A DNA stretch of 64,000 bases from positions 219,604,001-219,668,000 of the forward strand of contig OZ024742.1 in the NCBI GenBank assembly GCA_964016885.1, in the 5' to 3' direction. A program made the position numbers and the translations under genes. Origin of the DNA: Eledone cirrhosa. Taxonomy: Eukaryota. Shown here one piece after another: positions 35,187-49,000 of this stretch (position 1 is its first letter; each line of letters opens with the position of its first letter). The notes below the pieces were generated by a model. The model saw only the letters and a list, made by a program, of their open reading frames with translations, searched no databases and was not told where the DNA came from.

Positions 35187-38100
35187 GGAAATAATAAGTG
35201 TTTCACATCTGACTGGTAAAATGACAAGTCAGTCAATCATATTGGTGGCCTCCCCACAGCCCCGGCGGACAGAATGGAGAAGGCGTTTCCCAGAGGACGG
35301 CAAGGGAGACGCGCTGGAAAAGCCATTCCAGCTCGCGAGGCTCACACCTGCGGCTGGCCAGCTCAGCACCTATGGTGGTGCGTAGGGAGGTAGGGCCGAG
35401 GACACCACTGCCAAGGGTACAACTGCAAACCTGTCGGAAAGTGACCGGTATTTGAAGAGTTTCGCCTCCTCAGCCCAATGTGCAGCAGAACCTGGGTTAG
35501 TCGCAGAGTGCACCAGGTTGCGGCTGGAGAAAGTGTCGTGAAAGTGGCATCCCTGACGGGGGGTTTGCCACCGCGGAACGGGAAGATGGTCTTGCCATCT
35601 GGCCTTTGCCATCCCCTCGGTCCAGCTCCACTGGCTCAAGCTGGGACGGGAAGCCTGCAGCTGGCACTGTGGCAACAGGAAAGCAGGTGGAGGCCAAAAG
35701 AGTCCATGGTGGATCCACAACGATATAGGTGTGGCTCGCAGATCCGGAGGCCAAGCCTCAAGGAAACGCCGATATGCAGGCTATTGTTATCCAGCTGCTT
35801 GCCAGTGGAGAAGGAGGGAAGGGCATGGAGCCAGGCACCACTGTGAGCGTTTGGGGGCCACACTAAAACAGGCAAGGCGGTGCTGGTCGAGCTGGCGCGT
35901 GAGTCTGTCTGAAGCCAGGCCGCACTGGATGGCATCCCAAATGCTTTGGGGGGACTTGACGTCAGCAGGGGTGACCTCTACTGGGCTAAGTCCCAGCGGA
36001 TTCCACATCTCACAGGCGGTCTCACGTTCCTTGATCACAGAGGGTTCCATTGTGTTTTGGAGAACCCTGCTGACGAGGATGCGGCATGAGGTTATCAACG
36101 AAAGAAACGCCAGCAAAGCCAGTGAGATCAGGGACCGAAGGCCAAGGCCGCCATACCTGACAGGTAAAGTGGCCTGTTGCCATCCAATGTCGTCGAACCT
36201 GACGTCGCATATCTCCTTGGCTGCTGCTTGGATACAAGTATCGAGGTCAGCGAGGAGAAATGTCTGAGTGTAGCACGGAGTGCTGCAAAGGGTATGGAGG
36301 AGCTTCGGCTGGGTCGCTGGTGATCAAGCCCAGTCGTTTTGTGAGGGTCTGGAGTTGTTGGAGCCTAGACTAGATGGTGGAGTGGATGGCTGGCGGGTGG
36401 ATCGTGGACCAAGGATGAGGACATCCTCTTTGGGGGGGGGGGCGGTCACGGTACCTGGTGGAGAATGGACAGCATGTCCGAGACGGAGGCTGCAAAGCTT
36501 TCAGCATCGAGGCTGACATTCACCACCTCCGACCTGGACGATTTGACCTGGAGGCCGATTCCCGCCAGCGCAGGAACCACCGATTGTAGGTCATGGCAGA
36601 CAGTCTCTACGGGCCCGCTCAATGTAGCATCATCCAGATACCAAACGTTGAGAGGGGCCGTGATACTCCGGGCAATGTGGTCTATACCAAGGACAGATGG
36701 TCCTGGCATATGCAGTTAAAGGCATTCCTCATGTCAAGCTTGACAATGAGGTGCCTGGAGTCCCTGGATGCCGGTTCCAGTGGGCAGCTGTTGAAGAACT
36801 GCCTGGTTGCATGTGCAACCCCCTCACAGCCATCGGTCACGCCGACACCCAGTTGCACTGGACTCCTCACCCAGTTCAGGTGTTATGGACCTGCAGACCA
36901 TCTTGGCAGCCAACCTCCAGAAGACATTGCCCACAGCGATGGGGCGTATGCCACCCTCTTTCTTCCTGAGAGCAGTCAGACTAGCCAAAAAAAAAAGAGG
37001 CCTCGGGCATAAGGGTCCAGGGCGCCATGGATAAGCCTATTGGTGAGTGCCATAATTGCACTCAGAAGGCGGCGCCTAGCCCCAGCAGAGAGGGGGGGAT
37101 AGCAACTCCTTGTGGCTTGGTCGGAGGCCATCAGCACCTCTGCTGCTGCTAGCTGGGAAGGACTTGATGATGGATATTATGTCTGCATCGGAAGCCACAA
37201 GGAGCAAGTGGGGATTGGGTGGGGATATGGGTCTGAGGTCAGCGGGTGGCTCAGGGTGCTTGAGTTGCAGGGTAGCCAGGACCTCCTTGGTGTGTTGGAG
37301 GACAGTGTCCTCTGAGGCAACCACTCTGACTGCGGCCGAGACATCACACATGGTTAATTTAGCGTTTACGTTACGTTCATGCAAATGCTTGGTGCTGGCC
37401 TCAGGGGTGGAGGATTGGGGTCACCCGAGAGTGGGGATGTGGCATCCTTAGGCACACTTGGAATGGGCGCTTGCCCATAGGACGAAACATTGGCCTTGAC
37501 AAAGGCTGCTGTCGACCGGTCGCCTCGGTCAGTGCTAGAGCTGGGGAGGCCGAGAGCGAGTGGGGCGAAATAGAAGAGTTGCTCCCAGTTGTTGGCTCAA
37601 TTGGAGTCCAGGGCGCTCTCAATGAGAAAGTGAGGGCATCGGCTACCAGCACCTGGGCCGCTCTCGGGATCCTGAGTGGGATCTTCCGGAACCGCTTGAG
37701 CCAAGCGATGTTGACCAGCGAGGCTTGGGCGTCAGGCAAGCTCGCTGTCTCTTCTGGTGGTGTGCCAGACGGCTGTGGCTGGGCAGACGAGTGGAAGAGA
37801 CAGTTTCTGCATCTCCCCGATGCGAGGGCACTGGAGGCTCGATGCATGAAGCCAACACAGGTGAGATGGTGGAAGCGGCTGCACCCCGAACAGTTCCGGC
37901 CACTCTTCCATCTGTTCGTGGTGCTGCAAGCAGCATCAGGTGTGAGTGGCTGGTTGTTACCAGCCTAAGTGCTAGGCACAACCGTGTGTGGGTGGAATGG
38001 AAAGTGCTGATAAGAGGGCCTCATAGCTCACCTACATCAGATATGGAGGAGTCAGAAGGCAAGAGTGAACAGAGGGGGTGCATGGAGGGGGACACACAAG

Positions 38101-38290
38101 AAGGTAAAATGTTAGCAAATAAATAAATGAATGGATGAATGTACAAAAAAGAAAACAAGGGGTTGTTCCCAGCGGAAAGACCCAGAGTGCAGCACGCACA
38201 CATGCGAGCATGGTAGCAGTTAATCCATAGAACCTTGTGGCTAAAGGCGAGTCTTTCAATCCTAAAAAGATATGTTGTTGTTATTGTCAC
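35187..38290 (-). mobile_element. CRE-clade non-LTR retrotransposon copy B (about 3.1 kb, internally deleted)
   Basis: RT motifs QLGVGV..GCEG..HA, KLDMRNAFN and NVWYLDD, then AWLHALP..G..LDN..LRLG..C.PH..RCG..D..GLHLLSC zinc knuckle and endonuclease tail (KYRSLSDRFAVVPLAV, GNAFSIL). The RT segment expected to contain QGDP is missing. Candidate TSD TGGCT at 35181 and 38291. Confidence 0.87.
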
Positions 38291-39586
38291 TGGCTCAGGT
38301 CTAAGGTTTCCGTTTTCCAGGAAAAAAAGTCATTTGCGAGCATCTAAAAGGTTAGATTAGTTGATAGCACACGAAATTAAACGAAGAAAAATAACTATTT
38401 CTCAACAATGCGAAAAAAAGGAAAACGAAGTAAAAATATTTTTTTTCCATTGAAATCGAAGGGGCGTGGTGTTTTATAAATTTACCAAACTTTTTCCTAC
38501 TGAAATTGAGGTGGTGTACAATATATTTATCGTCCTATTTGAAAATGGTAGAATAAGGTAATTTGGCTACTATTTCTAGCGGACCAAGCAAGTACGTAAA
38601 GGCGCCTCCGTCTCCTATAATTGTTCATTTGTTTAGTCATTGTCAACGTCAACAATGCCTCTGCAACAGACATAACTCCCAAGCCGCAACTATTTGATTT
38701 ACTACCAAACATTTGTTTGCCACCTAGAATATTTATTTATCCAGTTCTCACGGCTGAGGTTTGTAACTGAAAATTCCAATTAACTATCACGGTAAAGGTC
38801 GATTAATTTTTGATGCACACTGTACATTACGTGAGTATTTAAATATCGACACGAATTCACAAAGGTCCATAACTACGGAAACTTGTTTACTTAATTCCAC
38901 GATCGCAAGGTTAGTAGAATTAAGTTCATATTTCGTATATCTTACTGATATATGATTACATTGAGTTGGGTTCATATTTTAAATAACTTACTACTTTTAT
39001 AACTTCGTTGATGATTAAATAAATATTATCTTTATAACATTATTAAAGTAGTTTATGGTTGGTGTATCATAAATAGATTAATTATACTTAATGGGCGTTA
39101 CCCCTCATCAGGCAGGCAAAATTAGTTTAATTCTTCAATTTTTAAATATATTTTCAATTTTCGGCACTACAACGCTATTAGCTGTCAGTCGTGAAAGCAG
39201 GCGAAGTGGAGTTTCACGCGTTTATTATTTTTTTTTTTTTAAAGCATATCGATGTAAGTGGAGTTACTTAAATGAAAATATAGGTGGCCCTTAAAAGGGC
39301 CAAATTAGAAAACAAATTTAAGTTAATTAGAAAACAAGTCATGGTTATCAAATAAATTGGATTTAATCATTTATATTTTCATAGTCATAGTTATCAATGT
39401 AGAAAACAAGTCATTTTCGCCAACAGTGGAATTACTTCTGAACCATATGACTGGTTTAGTTCTAGTTCTTATCCTCGATTTATTTGACGTATGGGTGTTT
39501 GAATTATAATTATTAGAGTTTCTCTTATATAAGTTATTATTTTTATGAAGATTAATACTTGGATTATTATTATCTACATATTCTAT

Positions 39587-40611
39587 ACCAGATAGAAAAA
39601 TGCGTACAGCAAAAAAAAGTAATATTGTTGGAATATAAACCTTAAAAATACAGGACAAGAAACTAAAATAAAACTTTAAAAGAATAGGACAAGAAACTAA
39701 GATAAATCTTTAAAGAATTGGACAAGAAATAAAAAATTTTACAATAATATTAGTGGCAAAATTTTTATTGGTAAAAAATCGAGTTCCACATTCATAGGCT
39801 CTCGGTTCCACATTCAGAGGTCGTCGTCAGACCGAGGGGATCATTTGATCCTGGTTTGAACACCAATTGGGCCATAACCATACCCCTATTTCATCATTCG
39901 GCGACACGCCTCATGTGTCATGCTTAATGTGAATTGACCCATGGGCCCATGAGCACAGATCTTGAGCAGCAGTGGGCGGTCTTGTCGTCCCGCTCATCCT
40001 TGATCTTGACCAACCCGTCCATCTTCTCCTTGCATCTTGTCCTTGAGTTCAAGTCCGGCAGTCCAGATGAATGCGTGCCACAGCTTTCTGGTACAGGAAG
40101 GGGGAGCAGGAGGACTGGAGGGATGACGAGACAGAGGGAGGGAGGACCGGTGGTTGAGGGAGGTGCCGTAGTCGGTGGTCAGAGTCGACATCTTGTCCCG
40201 GTCGTCTTCTCCATCTTCGTCTGGTGTTGCGGGACCAGAAGTGCATTCTTGGAAGAGACCTGCAGCTGCATCGGCCAATTCTTCTTGCACTGGTCATTCT
40301 GACGGAGCAGAACTGCTCAGCCAACCAACCCCAACCAGAACCAACCGCTCAGGGGCAACGCACAATGAGAGCATGACAATTATTATGCACTAATCAAGAA
40401 GATACTGGGGCATAGCACAGGAAACGAATAACAAAATTTTGCCACTAATATTATTGTAAAATTTTTTATTTCTTGTCCAATTCTTTAAAGTTTTATCTTA
40501 GTTTCTTGTCCTATTCTTTTAAAGTTTTATTTTAGTTTCTTGTCCTGTATTTTTAAGGTTTATATTCCAACAATATTACTTTTTTTTGCTGTACGCATTT
40601 TTCTATCTGGT
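39587..40611. mobile_element. Non-autonomous TIR element, complete copy (about 1025 bp)
   Basis: Begins accagatagaaaaatgcgtacagc and ends gctgtacgcatttttctatctggt. No clear TSD. Confidence 0.85.
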
Positions 40612-41547
40612 CTACTATTTTTTAAGGCAATGCAAGCAACAACTATCTAATAATTAAAAGATCATAGTGAATTACTGACAAGTGATTGACATTTTAAAGT
40701 TCTTTTGAGTATAATTGCAATCTAGTTGAGGCAACTGGCTTAATGACAAAGCTAGTAAATCATGAATGCATTTGAGATGATTAGTGCATAATAGTGAATT
40801 GGTGAAACTTGTGCATTTCAATGGTGTTACGGATAAAAACTGATACTGCTGTCTACGACCTTTATATAGGATTGTCATGTTTCTCTGTATCTGCAATGTG
40901 GGTATACAAAATAAGAATTATGATATTAACTTTTATTTAAAATCCCAAAAAATGCTGTGCATGAAAACTTCAAAAAGTAATTCTATTTCTATTGATGACC
41001 TCTTAGTTGCTCATACTAATTTTGTAAAAGATTTCAAGCCAATAATCAGAATGATCTGGTATAATTTTTATGCAGATAAATGACTAATTAGTATAAAGGG
41101 CCATCCAGATATCATGTGGACACCGCGAACCAAAAATGGTCACATGATATCTGGATGGCTCCTAAGCATCCCCTCCACATGGCGGGGACATGGGTCATCA
41201 TCGTAGAGCACTCACCTATTTTTAAAATATTAGACTATGATAAATGAATTTAGTTAAAAATACAATTTGAAATATATTAGATTACCTCCCCTCGCGTCAC
41301 GCTTACTACTTTCTCACTTGAACACAAGATTTATCAGCAAACTTTGATTATAAACTTTTTCCCGCTGGACCAAATTTCTAGATTTTTAAGCCAAAAGATG
41401 CATAATGATCTACTGTTCATGCTCATATAAGTTTTATCTCAGTTAAATAAAGCAGAGCCGCGCTGTACTGTCGTAAACAGACGATTGCCAACGAAAACAC
41501 GACCACAACAATATTACTAAACGGACTACCGTCCGTTTAGGATTATT

Positions 41548-41892
41548 CACATTTCCTGCTCTTTTTAACGCGTTGTTGTAGTATTCAGCGTTTTCATCGA
41601 ATATAGCTTTATTGGCTGATATTTTATTAATTCGTTTTTGCACACTATTTACTATAGCTTTTTTTTTTTTTTTTACAGATTTAGGGTGATTGGAATGGTT
41701 ACTAACATAGTTTAAGTTTTCATTGGGCTTATGAAAAGGGTAATAGAAGCCAGTGTTTAAGTTAAACGTAACGTCTAGGAAATTAACTATTTTGGTACCA
41801 TTTTCTACTTCTAACTTAAGGTCGTACGTTTTAAAGAATTCTATTATACTTTTCTTTACTCTATTTAGTTCTATATTGTTGTGTTTGACCAC
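41548..41892 (-). mobile_element. Penelope-like RT fragment (unit B paralog)
   Basis: Same translation as 5480-5824. Confidence 0.85.
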
Positions 41893-42022
41893 CGTAAATA
41901 AAATATATATACTAGACCACCCGTGACTCGTTGGGTCACATTCACTTCAAAATAATAAAAAAAAAATAATGTTCACTTAAAAATAATTTCTAAATAGTTA
42001 AAATATACACAGACATGTATAT

Positions 42023-42203
42023 AATTGTTTCTACTTTTGGCACTAGGCCATCAATTACCCAGTACATTACTGGTACTTTATTTTATCGACCCCGTAAGGA
42101 TGAAAGGCAAAGTTAACCTCGGCGGGATTTGAACTCAGACCGTAAAGGGACGTAACTATGCTGGAAAGCATGGCGTCCGACTCTCTACTGATACTACCAA
42201 TCC
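42023..42203 (-). mobile_element. tRNA-derived SINE, private to unit B
   Basis: Empty site in A at about 5953 (tataatgtgaaatg); AAT is duplicated at the junctions. Confidence 0.85.
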
Positions 42204-42293
42204 AATGTGAAATGAAACTGGAAGGCTCATGTATATCTATATATGTGTGTGTGTATGTATATATATAAATGTCTGTGTATACATGTATATATA

Positions 42294-42690
42294 GGCATAC
42301 GTCAAAACGGCCGGTCTCAAAAGTGAAACTAATTTTTGACAGTTACGTACACGTAATAAGAGTTATTTAAATTTATATTTATAAATTAAAGGAGCAAATA
42401 AGAGCATGATATGAAGTCAGTCATGTGTGTGTAAACGAATGTAAAAGTACACACACACATACACACTATAATATATACACGTGTGTGTGTGAAAAATTCT
42501 AGGAAACCTTATCTATGCCCTACATATATTCTTTTACATTCGTTTACACACACACACACATGACTGACTTCATATCATGCTCTTATTTGCTCCTTTATTT
42601 TATATATATAAATTTAAATAACTCTTATAACGTGTACATTACTGTCAAAAATTAGTTTCACTTTTGAGACCGGCCGTTTTGACGTATGCC
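42294..42690. mobile_element. Foldback MITE (almost wholly palindromic), private to unit B
   Basis: ggcatacgtcaaaacggccggtctcaaaagtgaaactaatttttgacagt and its exact reverse complement ending at 42690; flanked by TA repeats. Confidence 0.88.
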
Positions 42691-45346
42691 GTATATATAT
42701 ATATATGTATGTGTGTATAGTGGGTGTCTGTGATCTATATACAGTAGTCAAGGACACACACACACACACACATATATACACAACACCACCACCAGCTCTC
42801 TCTCTCTCTTCCATTCTCTCTCACAACCACTATCTCTTTCTATCTCTTTGTTTATAAAGGTACCTGGAAAAACCCCATATCTCGAACCCGTGCTCTAATT
42901 TACACGAAACTTGTTTTATTCCATTTGTATTCCCATTTCATGGTCAACTTTCTTTCAAAGTATTTTCCCATTATGTGCCGTTTTGGCTGTATTACATTAC
43001 AGACAAGCAAGCAAGCAATCAGAGTTTTAGTGGTAGTAGTAGTAAACGGCTTCCACTGTATTATGTATTTTTCTCTGAAAGTTCCATCATGATTAATTTA
43101 CATAACCAGTATTGATATACATGTATCGTTGATGTTCATATTTGTGGTGTTATTCAAAATGGAATGTAAATTATTCGATTAATGACTGATATAAATAAGA
43201 ATTGTCTCTAGATTTAGTACAAGGACAGTAATTTGAAGGGAGGGGTAAGTTGATTAAATCGACCCCAGTGTGTTATTGGTTTAATTTATTTTATCAACCC
43301 CGTAGGGATGAAAGGCAAAGCTAACTTCTGCGGGATTTGAACTCAGAACATAAAGGGGCATAACTACAGCTGGATGCTCTTCCTAAGACCAACCATTTTA
43401 ATGAGTGTACTGGATGCATTTTATTTAGGCATCAGTAATTTGTCTATAAAATAGTGATTGATAATAAGAGAAAAAATATGGAAAGGAGGGGTTGAGGGAA
43501 AAGAACAAGAGATAAAAAAAAACCAGCAATGTTAAAATGTATGTTGTGGGAATTGTATAGTAGTGGATATAAAGATAGCCTTGAAAGGTTTGGGCCAACG
43601 CCTTATCTAACGTAATAGCACCACTTGGATATAAGTTAATTATAGAAAGAAATGGCTTACATAATGCAATAGATTGGATATGGAGAGTAATTCTATTGTA
43701 TTTTATCTTATAAAATGTATAATTAATTAATGGTGGTGTAATTTGTAATTCTTCAGTAAAAATGTAAGTTAGTATCAACAGAATGAAATAAGCTCAGAAT
43801 TCCTGTTGCCTGTTAAGTTTGCTTTTATGATTGAATACAGTCCTGCTTTTCTCAGTGATGTATAAATTACAAAAGTTGGCGACTTGATTGTCCCTGTGAG
43901 ATCAATATGATGGTCATTGTGATGTCAGTATAGTTGTCTCTATACTGTCTCAAAAAGAAAAAGAAAAGAAAGTCATGTCTAAACCATGCCAGCATAGGTA
44001 AAAAATGGATGCAAAAACAATGATAATGTAAAAAGTCTGTCTTGAACCTAGAGGTTCATCAGACTGATGGTTATCCTGGTTTCCCTGGCATGAAGTGACT
44101 GAGATTACATGACTTCCCTATGGACAGGACACCAGTTTATCGCACGGTTAAACACTTGGTTTGTGCTGGTGGTCATTTTCAGCTGAGTTTACTGGAGCAA
44201 CATGAAATGATGTGTTTTGTTCAAGAACACAACATACAACTTAGTCCAAGAATCGAACCCATGACATTGAAGGCCACACATTTTTATAAGAGGCAAATAG
44301 TGGAGTGAATTAACCACACTGTATGACTGGTATTTATTTGTCTGACATGGCATAAAAGGAAAATTAAACCATAGCAGGATTTGAACTCTGGATGAAGTAT
44401 TGTGAGATATTTGGCCCATCAATTTATTATTGTTGTTATGTATTTGCTTCCATGTTTATTAGAATTTATTATAATAGCTTATTTAAGCTCAAGAGACAGA
44501 AATACAGTGTGACATGGACAGTATAAAAACTATTTGTTTAATACCAACGAAGTACATATTGACAAAGATATCCTTTCCTCTCCTTTGCTATGCCCACATA
44601 TTCCTGAGAGGGTTGTAAGAGGAGCCTATTGGAGGCAACCATCAAATGATCCAGCTGGACTCCCAAGTGAGACCATCTGAGATTTGGGATGTTATTCAAT
44701 CATCTTGCTCATGGTCTACTTCTTGGTCAGTTGGTTTTGTACATTAAAGCTGTCCTATTATTCTTTTCTTAGATAGTCTAACCATTTTCTGTGATCTCTT
44801 CATGTGAAGAAGTTGCAGCTCTACCTGGAGTAACTTCTTGATCTCAGAGCTATGCACCTTATCAATTAATGTTATTCCAGAGACCCTTCAGAGGACCTCA
44901 TTTCAGCCACTTGTATTATTTTGGTCTACCTAAGATTCATGACCATCGGTAAGGTTGGGTATGAATAATGAATTGAAAATAGTGAGTTTGACTTTTACAC
45001 TTAACTCCTTCCTTCTGATGTCAGAATGCTGAAGCTGGCACATTACTACACCTACTTCTACAATTCTTGCATTTAATTCAGTTTCTTTTTTCCATCACTT
45101 ATGAAAACTGCCCTGAAATACTTGACGTTCAAGAAGCCTATCCCTCAGTCTCATATTCCTGCAGAACCTTCCACAATAAGTCCTGTGACATGCACTTTCG
45201 AGGTTCACAATATTAGCTAAGATCAAATAAGAATTGATCAATTCTAATTAATTTAATAATTTACTGTAGTTAAGACTCAATGTCTTCAGAATTTATCAAT
45301 GGTCTATGAATATTCTTTTTTTTTTTTTTCAGGTTTCATTTTTAAA

Positions 45347-46009
45347 ATGTCTGATTCCACAAGCCTCACCTTTGCAAGTTCCCGGTCCTGTCCATTTTGC
45401 CAAAGAGTCTGGATTGCTCTTTTGGAGAAAGGTATTCCTTTTAAATATGATGAAATTGATCCTGATAACAAGACTGACCAATATTTAAAATTAAATCCAA
45501 GAGGCTCTGTGCCAATGATGATACATGATGGTAAGGTTATATATGAGTCAAGTATATGTATGGAATACATTGATGATGCTTGGCCAAAAAATCCCAAAAT
45601 TATGATGGAAAAACCTTTTGACAAAGCTCAGGTTCGCATCTGGGGTAACTATGCTGCAAATAAAATAATTCCAATATTTTTTTCCATTCTGAAATCAGAT
45701 CCTAAAACGCTGGATGAATTAAAGAAATCTTTTGTTGAAAATCTTGGAACTTTTGTGAAAGCCATGTCCCCAACTGGAAACTTTTTCATGGGGGACACAT
45801 TTTCATATGTTGAAATGATGCTGTATCCATGGATACAAAGATTACCAGTGTTAAAACGCTATAAAAACTTTGAAATACCATCTGATATTGATTGGTATCC
45901 TCGTTTACAGAAGTGGTCCACTGCTTGTTCTGAGAGGAGAAGTGTGAAGCCTACTGTTGTTGATATTGAGAAATTGATCCCAGGTTTTCGAAAATATGTG
46001 AAAAAATAA
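45347..46009 (+). CDS. Glutathione S-transferase, Cys-type (omega/DHAR-like), 220 aa, copy B
   Basis: Intact paralog with 15 aa differences from copy A. Acceptor AG at 45331-45332; AATAAA at 46157. Confidence 0.93.
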   Translation: MSDSTSLTFASSRSCPFCQRVWIALLEKGIPFKYDEIDPDNKTDQYLKLNPRGSVPMMIHDGKVIYESSICMEYIDDAWPKNPKIMMEKPFDKAQVRIWGNYAANKIIPIFFSILKSDPKTLDELKKSFVENLGTFVKAMSPTGNFFMGDTFSYVEMMLYPWIQRLPVLKRYKNFEIPSDIDWYPRLQKWSTACSERRSVKPTVVDIEKLIPGFRKYVKK

Positions 46010-49000
46010 GTTGTCAAAGGAATACACTAATGAGAATTTTAAAATCATAATTCATATTATTGAACACAATATTTTATGAATTATATTTTTAATAGAACCT
46101 TGTATGTTTTATTTTATTTCTTTGCATTTTTTCCAAATTATGTAACTAAAATAGGAAATAAATATTTGAGAAGTATCTAAAAATTGTTTTGTAAATTTGC
46201 AATAAATTTAAAATTTTCCAACTTTGGAACCACCTGGTTCTTAGCTCCATCCCATTGCAATTGTTTTCTGCTATAGCCTGGGGACAAATAATGTCTCCAG
46301 CATGATAGGTAGAAGCCCATTACATACATATATATATATATATATATGTGTATATATATATATATATGTCTTTCCTGATGATTTCTCATGAATGAAACAA
46401 TTCTAGTTCCGTAGAAGTAATTTCTATATTAATGTATTGAATATCTTTTTTTAACTGTGGTTACCTCCTGTGGATACATCAGGAATCCACCTATGTATAT
46501 ATGTGTGTGTGTGAATTTTGTATATCTAATGATATGCAGTATGTTTTCAAATAAACACTTGGAAAGCCTTCTATTGAAAAGCTGACAACTAGCGCCATCT
46601 AGCGGATTCCAGCAGAAGTAGTGGGTGACAACTGCCAATGCATTTCTGGCTCTAGTCATCACAAGGACAGTTCTTCCCCACTCTCTGCTAGAATTTGAAC
46701 AGGTGAAAATATATAGTCTTTTCACCTATGTAGATGGGCTGATTAGCCTCATTTGCATATGGAGCTGTACAAGCTGGCTCAGCTTGAAGGTAGAATTTAA
46801 GTTTTTGCTCCAACATAACTAATACATACAAATTTGTGAATTTCATAATGATATGCGGTATGTTTACAAATAAACATTTGGAAAGCCTTCTAGTTATGAA
46901 TATTGAAAAGCTGACATCTAGTGCTGTCTAGTGGATTCAAACAGAAGTATTCCTATCTAGGTGATCTCATCAGCAGCATGAGTGAATGTATCGAAATGTT
47001 GTCTTGTTCATATGTTACAATTTTGGGTTTGGATTTCACGGCTGGATGCCTTTCCTAATAGCAACCACTTCACAGTGTGTACTGAGAGCATTTTATCATG
47101 ATTCTGGCACTACCACCTTACAGGGTGGGCTGGGTGCTCTTGTCATGGCACAACTGCCTTACAGTTAGATCTCGTGCTTTTCATGATGGCACTACCACTT
47201 TACAAAGTGAGCTGGGTGCATTTTTGCATTTTTATCATAGAACCATCACGGAAGAGCTGTTGATATGGGATGGGGGTTATACTGCCATGGAAGAGGAAGT
47301 GTCAGGCTATGAAGAGAGAGAATTATATCTAGTGGTATATTGTGAGGTGTGCCTGGTTTTCCATACTAGCATGAGATGGACAAGGAAGTGAATCAGGTAT
47401 GCAGACATGACTTGTGCCAGGAACATGAATTGGGTATGAGGTAGTGTGAGAGGGGGGATTTCTGTCGTCTTTCTGTTTTAACATGAATTAAATAGGGGAA
47501 GTGGGGAGGTGAAGAATGTGGATAGGTGGGTTGGTTTTGTCTACCTCTCTCTTTGCTTTCATTTCACTCTACTTGTCTGGGATGCCAAGTTTTCTGTGAT
47601 ACAACATGTCTCCAGATGATTCAATCCTGTGTCATCTCCTTCAATTAGTTTCAGCTTTGTAAGGTCAGCCTTTACTACATTATCCCAAGTTTCCCTAGGT
47701 CTACCTCTTACCCAGTTTGACATCACTACCAAGCCTTGGATATTTTTTACTTGTGCCCATTCTACTGCAAAAATTTGGGCCAGGTTTCTGATTTGAAGAT
47801 ACCTTTCCCACTCTCTCACACCAGCCTCAGAAGCCCTGGAAAGGGTCTGTGCACTGCCCTTCCATCTCTGACTAGACAGCCAAAACTGACTTTGGTTCTA
47901 TGAAACAAAAATATCCATTTTGAAGGGTTTGTATTTAAATTTAAATCTGCCAACATAATTTTATAAGTACCATATATTAACTTAGTAATGAATAATGTAA
48001 TTAGTTAATTAGTTACAGGCTTCCAGTAAAACAATCACTGGATTATTGCACTTCTAAAAACCAGAATGACAAAGGAGTAACTGTAACTGGATGCAGAAAA
48101 ATAAAGTATATATTTCTTTTAAATGAAATTAATTGTTTCTACGTTTGGCACAAGGCCAGCAAATACCCAGTGCATTACTGGTACTTTATTCTATCGACCC
48201 CGTAAGGATGAAATGCAAAGTTAACCTCGGCGGGATTTGAACTCAGACGATAAAGGACTAACTCTATGCTGCAAAGCATGGTGTCCGACTCTCTACTGAT
48301 ACTGCCAATCCACCGCCCTATCTTTTAAATGAAATTAATAACACAGAGAAATAACTGTTTAACAAAGGGTGATAACTATAAACAACGTGTTTATTAGACA
48401 ACTGATGATAGTAATGGAGTACAAGATACCATTGTCATGTGAAAAGTAGCTGTTGTATATATTGAAAGGATCCAGGTCAACTGTATACTTTGTCCAGATG
48501 ATGGGTGCACAAAAAGTGTAGTGAGAAATCTATCAAGTTGACTGAAAAGTAGGGATGTGATAGGTGTACAGGAATAGCTGGTACACTGACAGAGAAGTAG
48601 TAGAGATGTGGTAAACATACAGGAGTATGTAACAGAAGGAACACACATGAAATAAAAGGATTAACATGTGTCTAGATGAGAGTCTGTACGTATGCATGTA
48701 TATATGTTAACATACAGACATGCAATATAAGCATACACACACATAGATATACATTATATTCCTATTCATTATGAGTGTGTCATATATCATCATCACCATT
48801 TTATGTCAATTCTTCCATGCTAGCATGGGTTAGATGAGTTGTCCTATTGTGGGCAATGCCAGGTGAGGTCACCTTGTCTTGCTCATACAGAACTGATTTC
48901 GGCTTGATTTCTATATAGGAGTAGTACTAAGCCACATCTCAGGTAATATCAAAATACAATCACACGAATTCACTATATTACAGTTTGATGACAATCTTTA

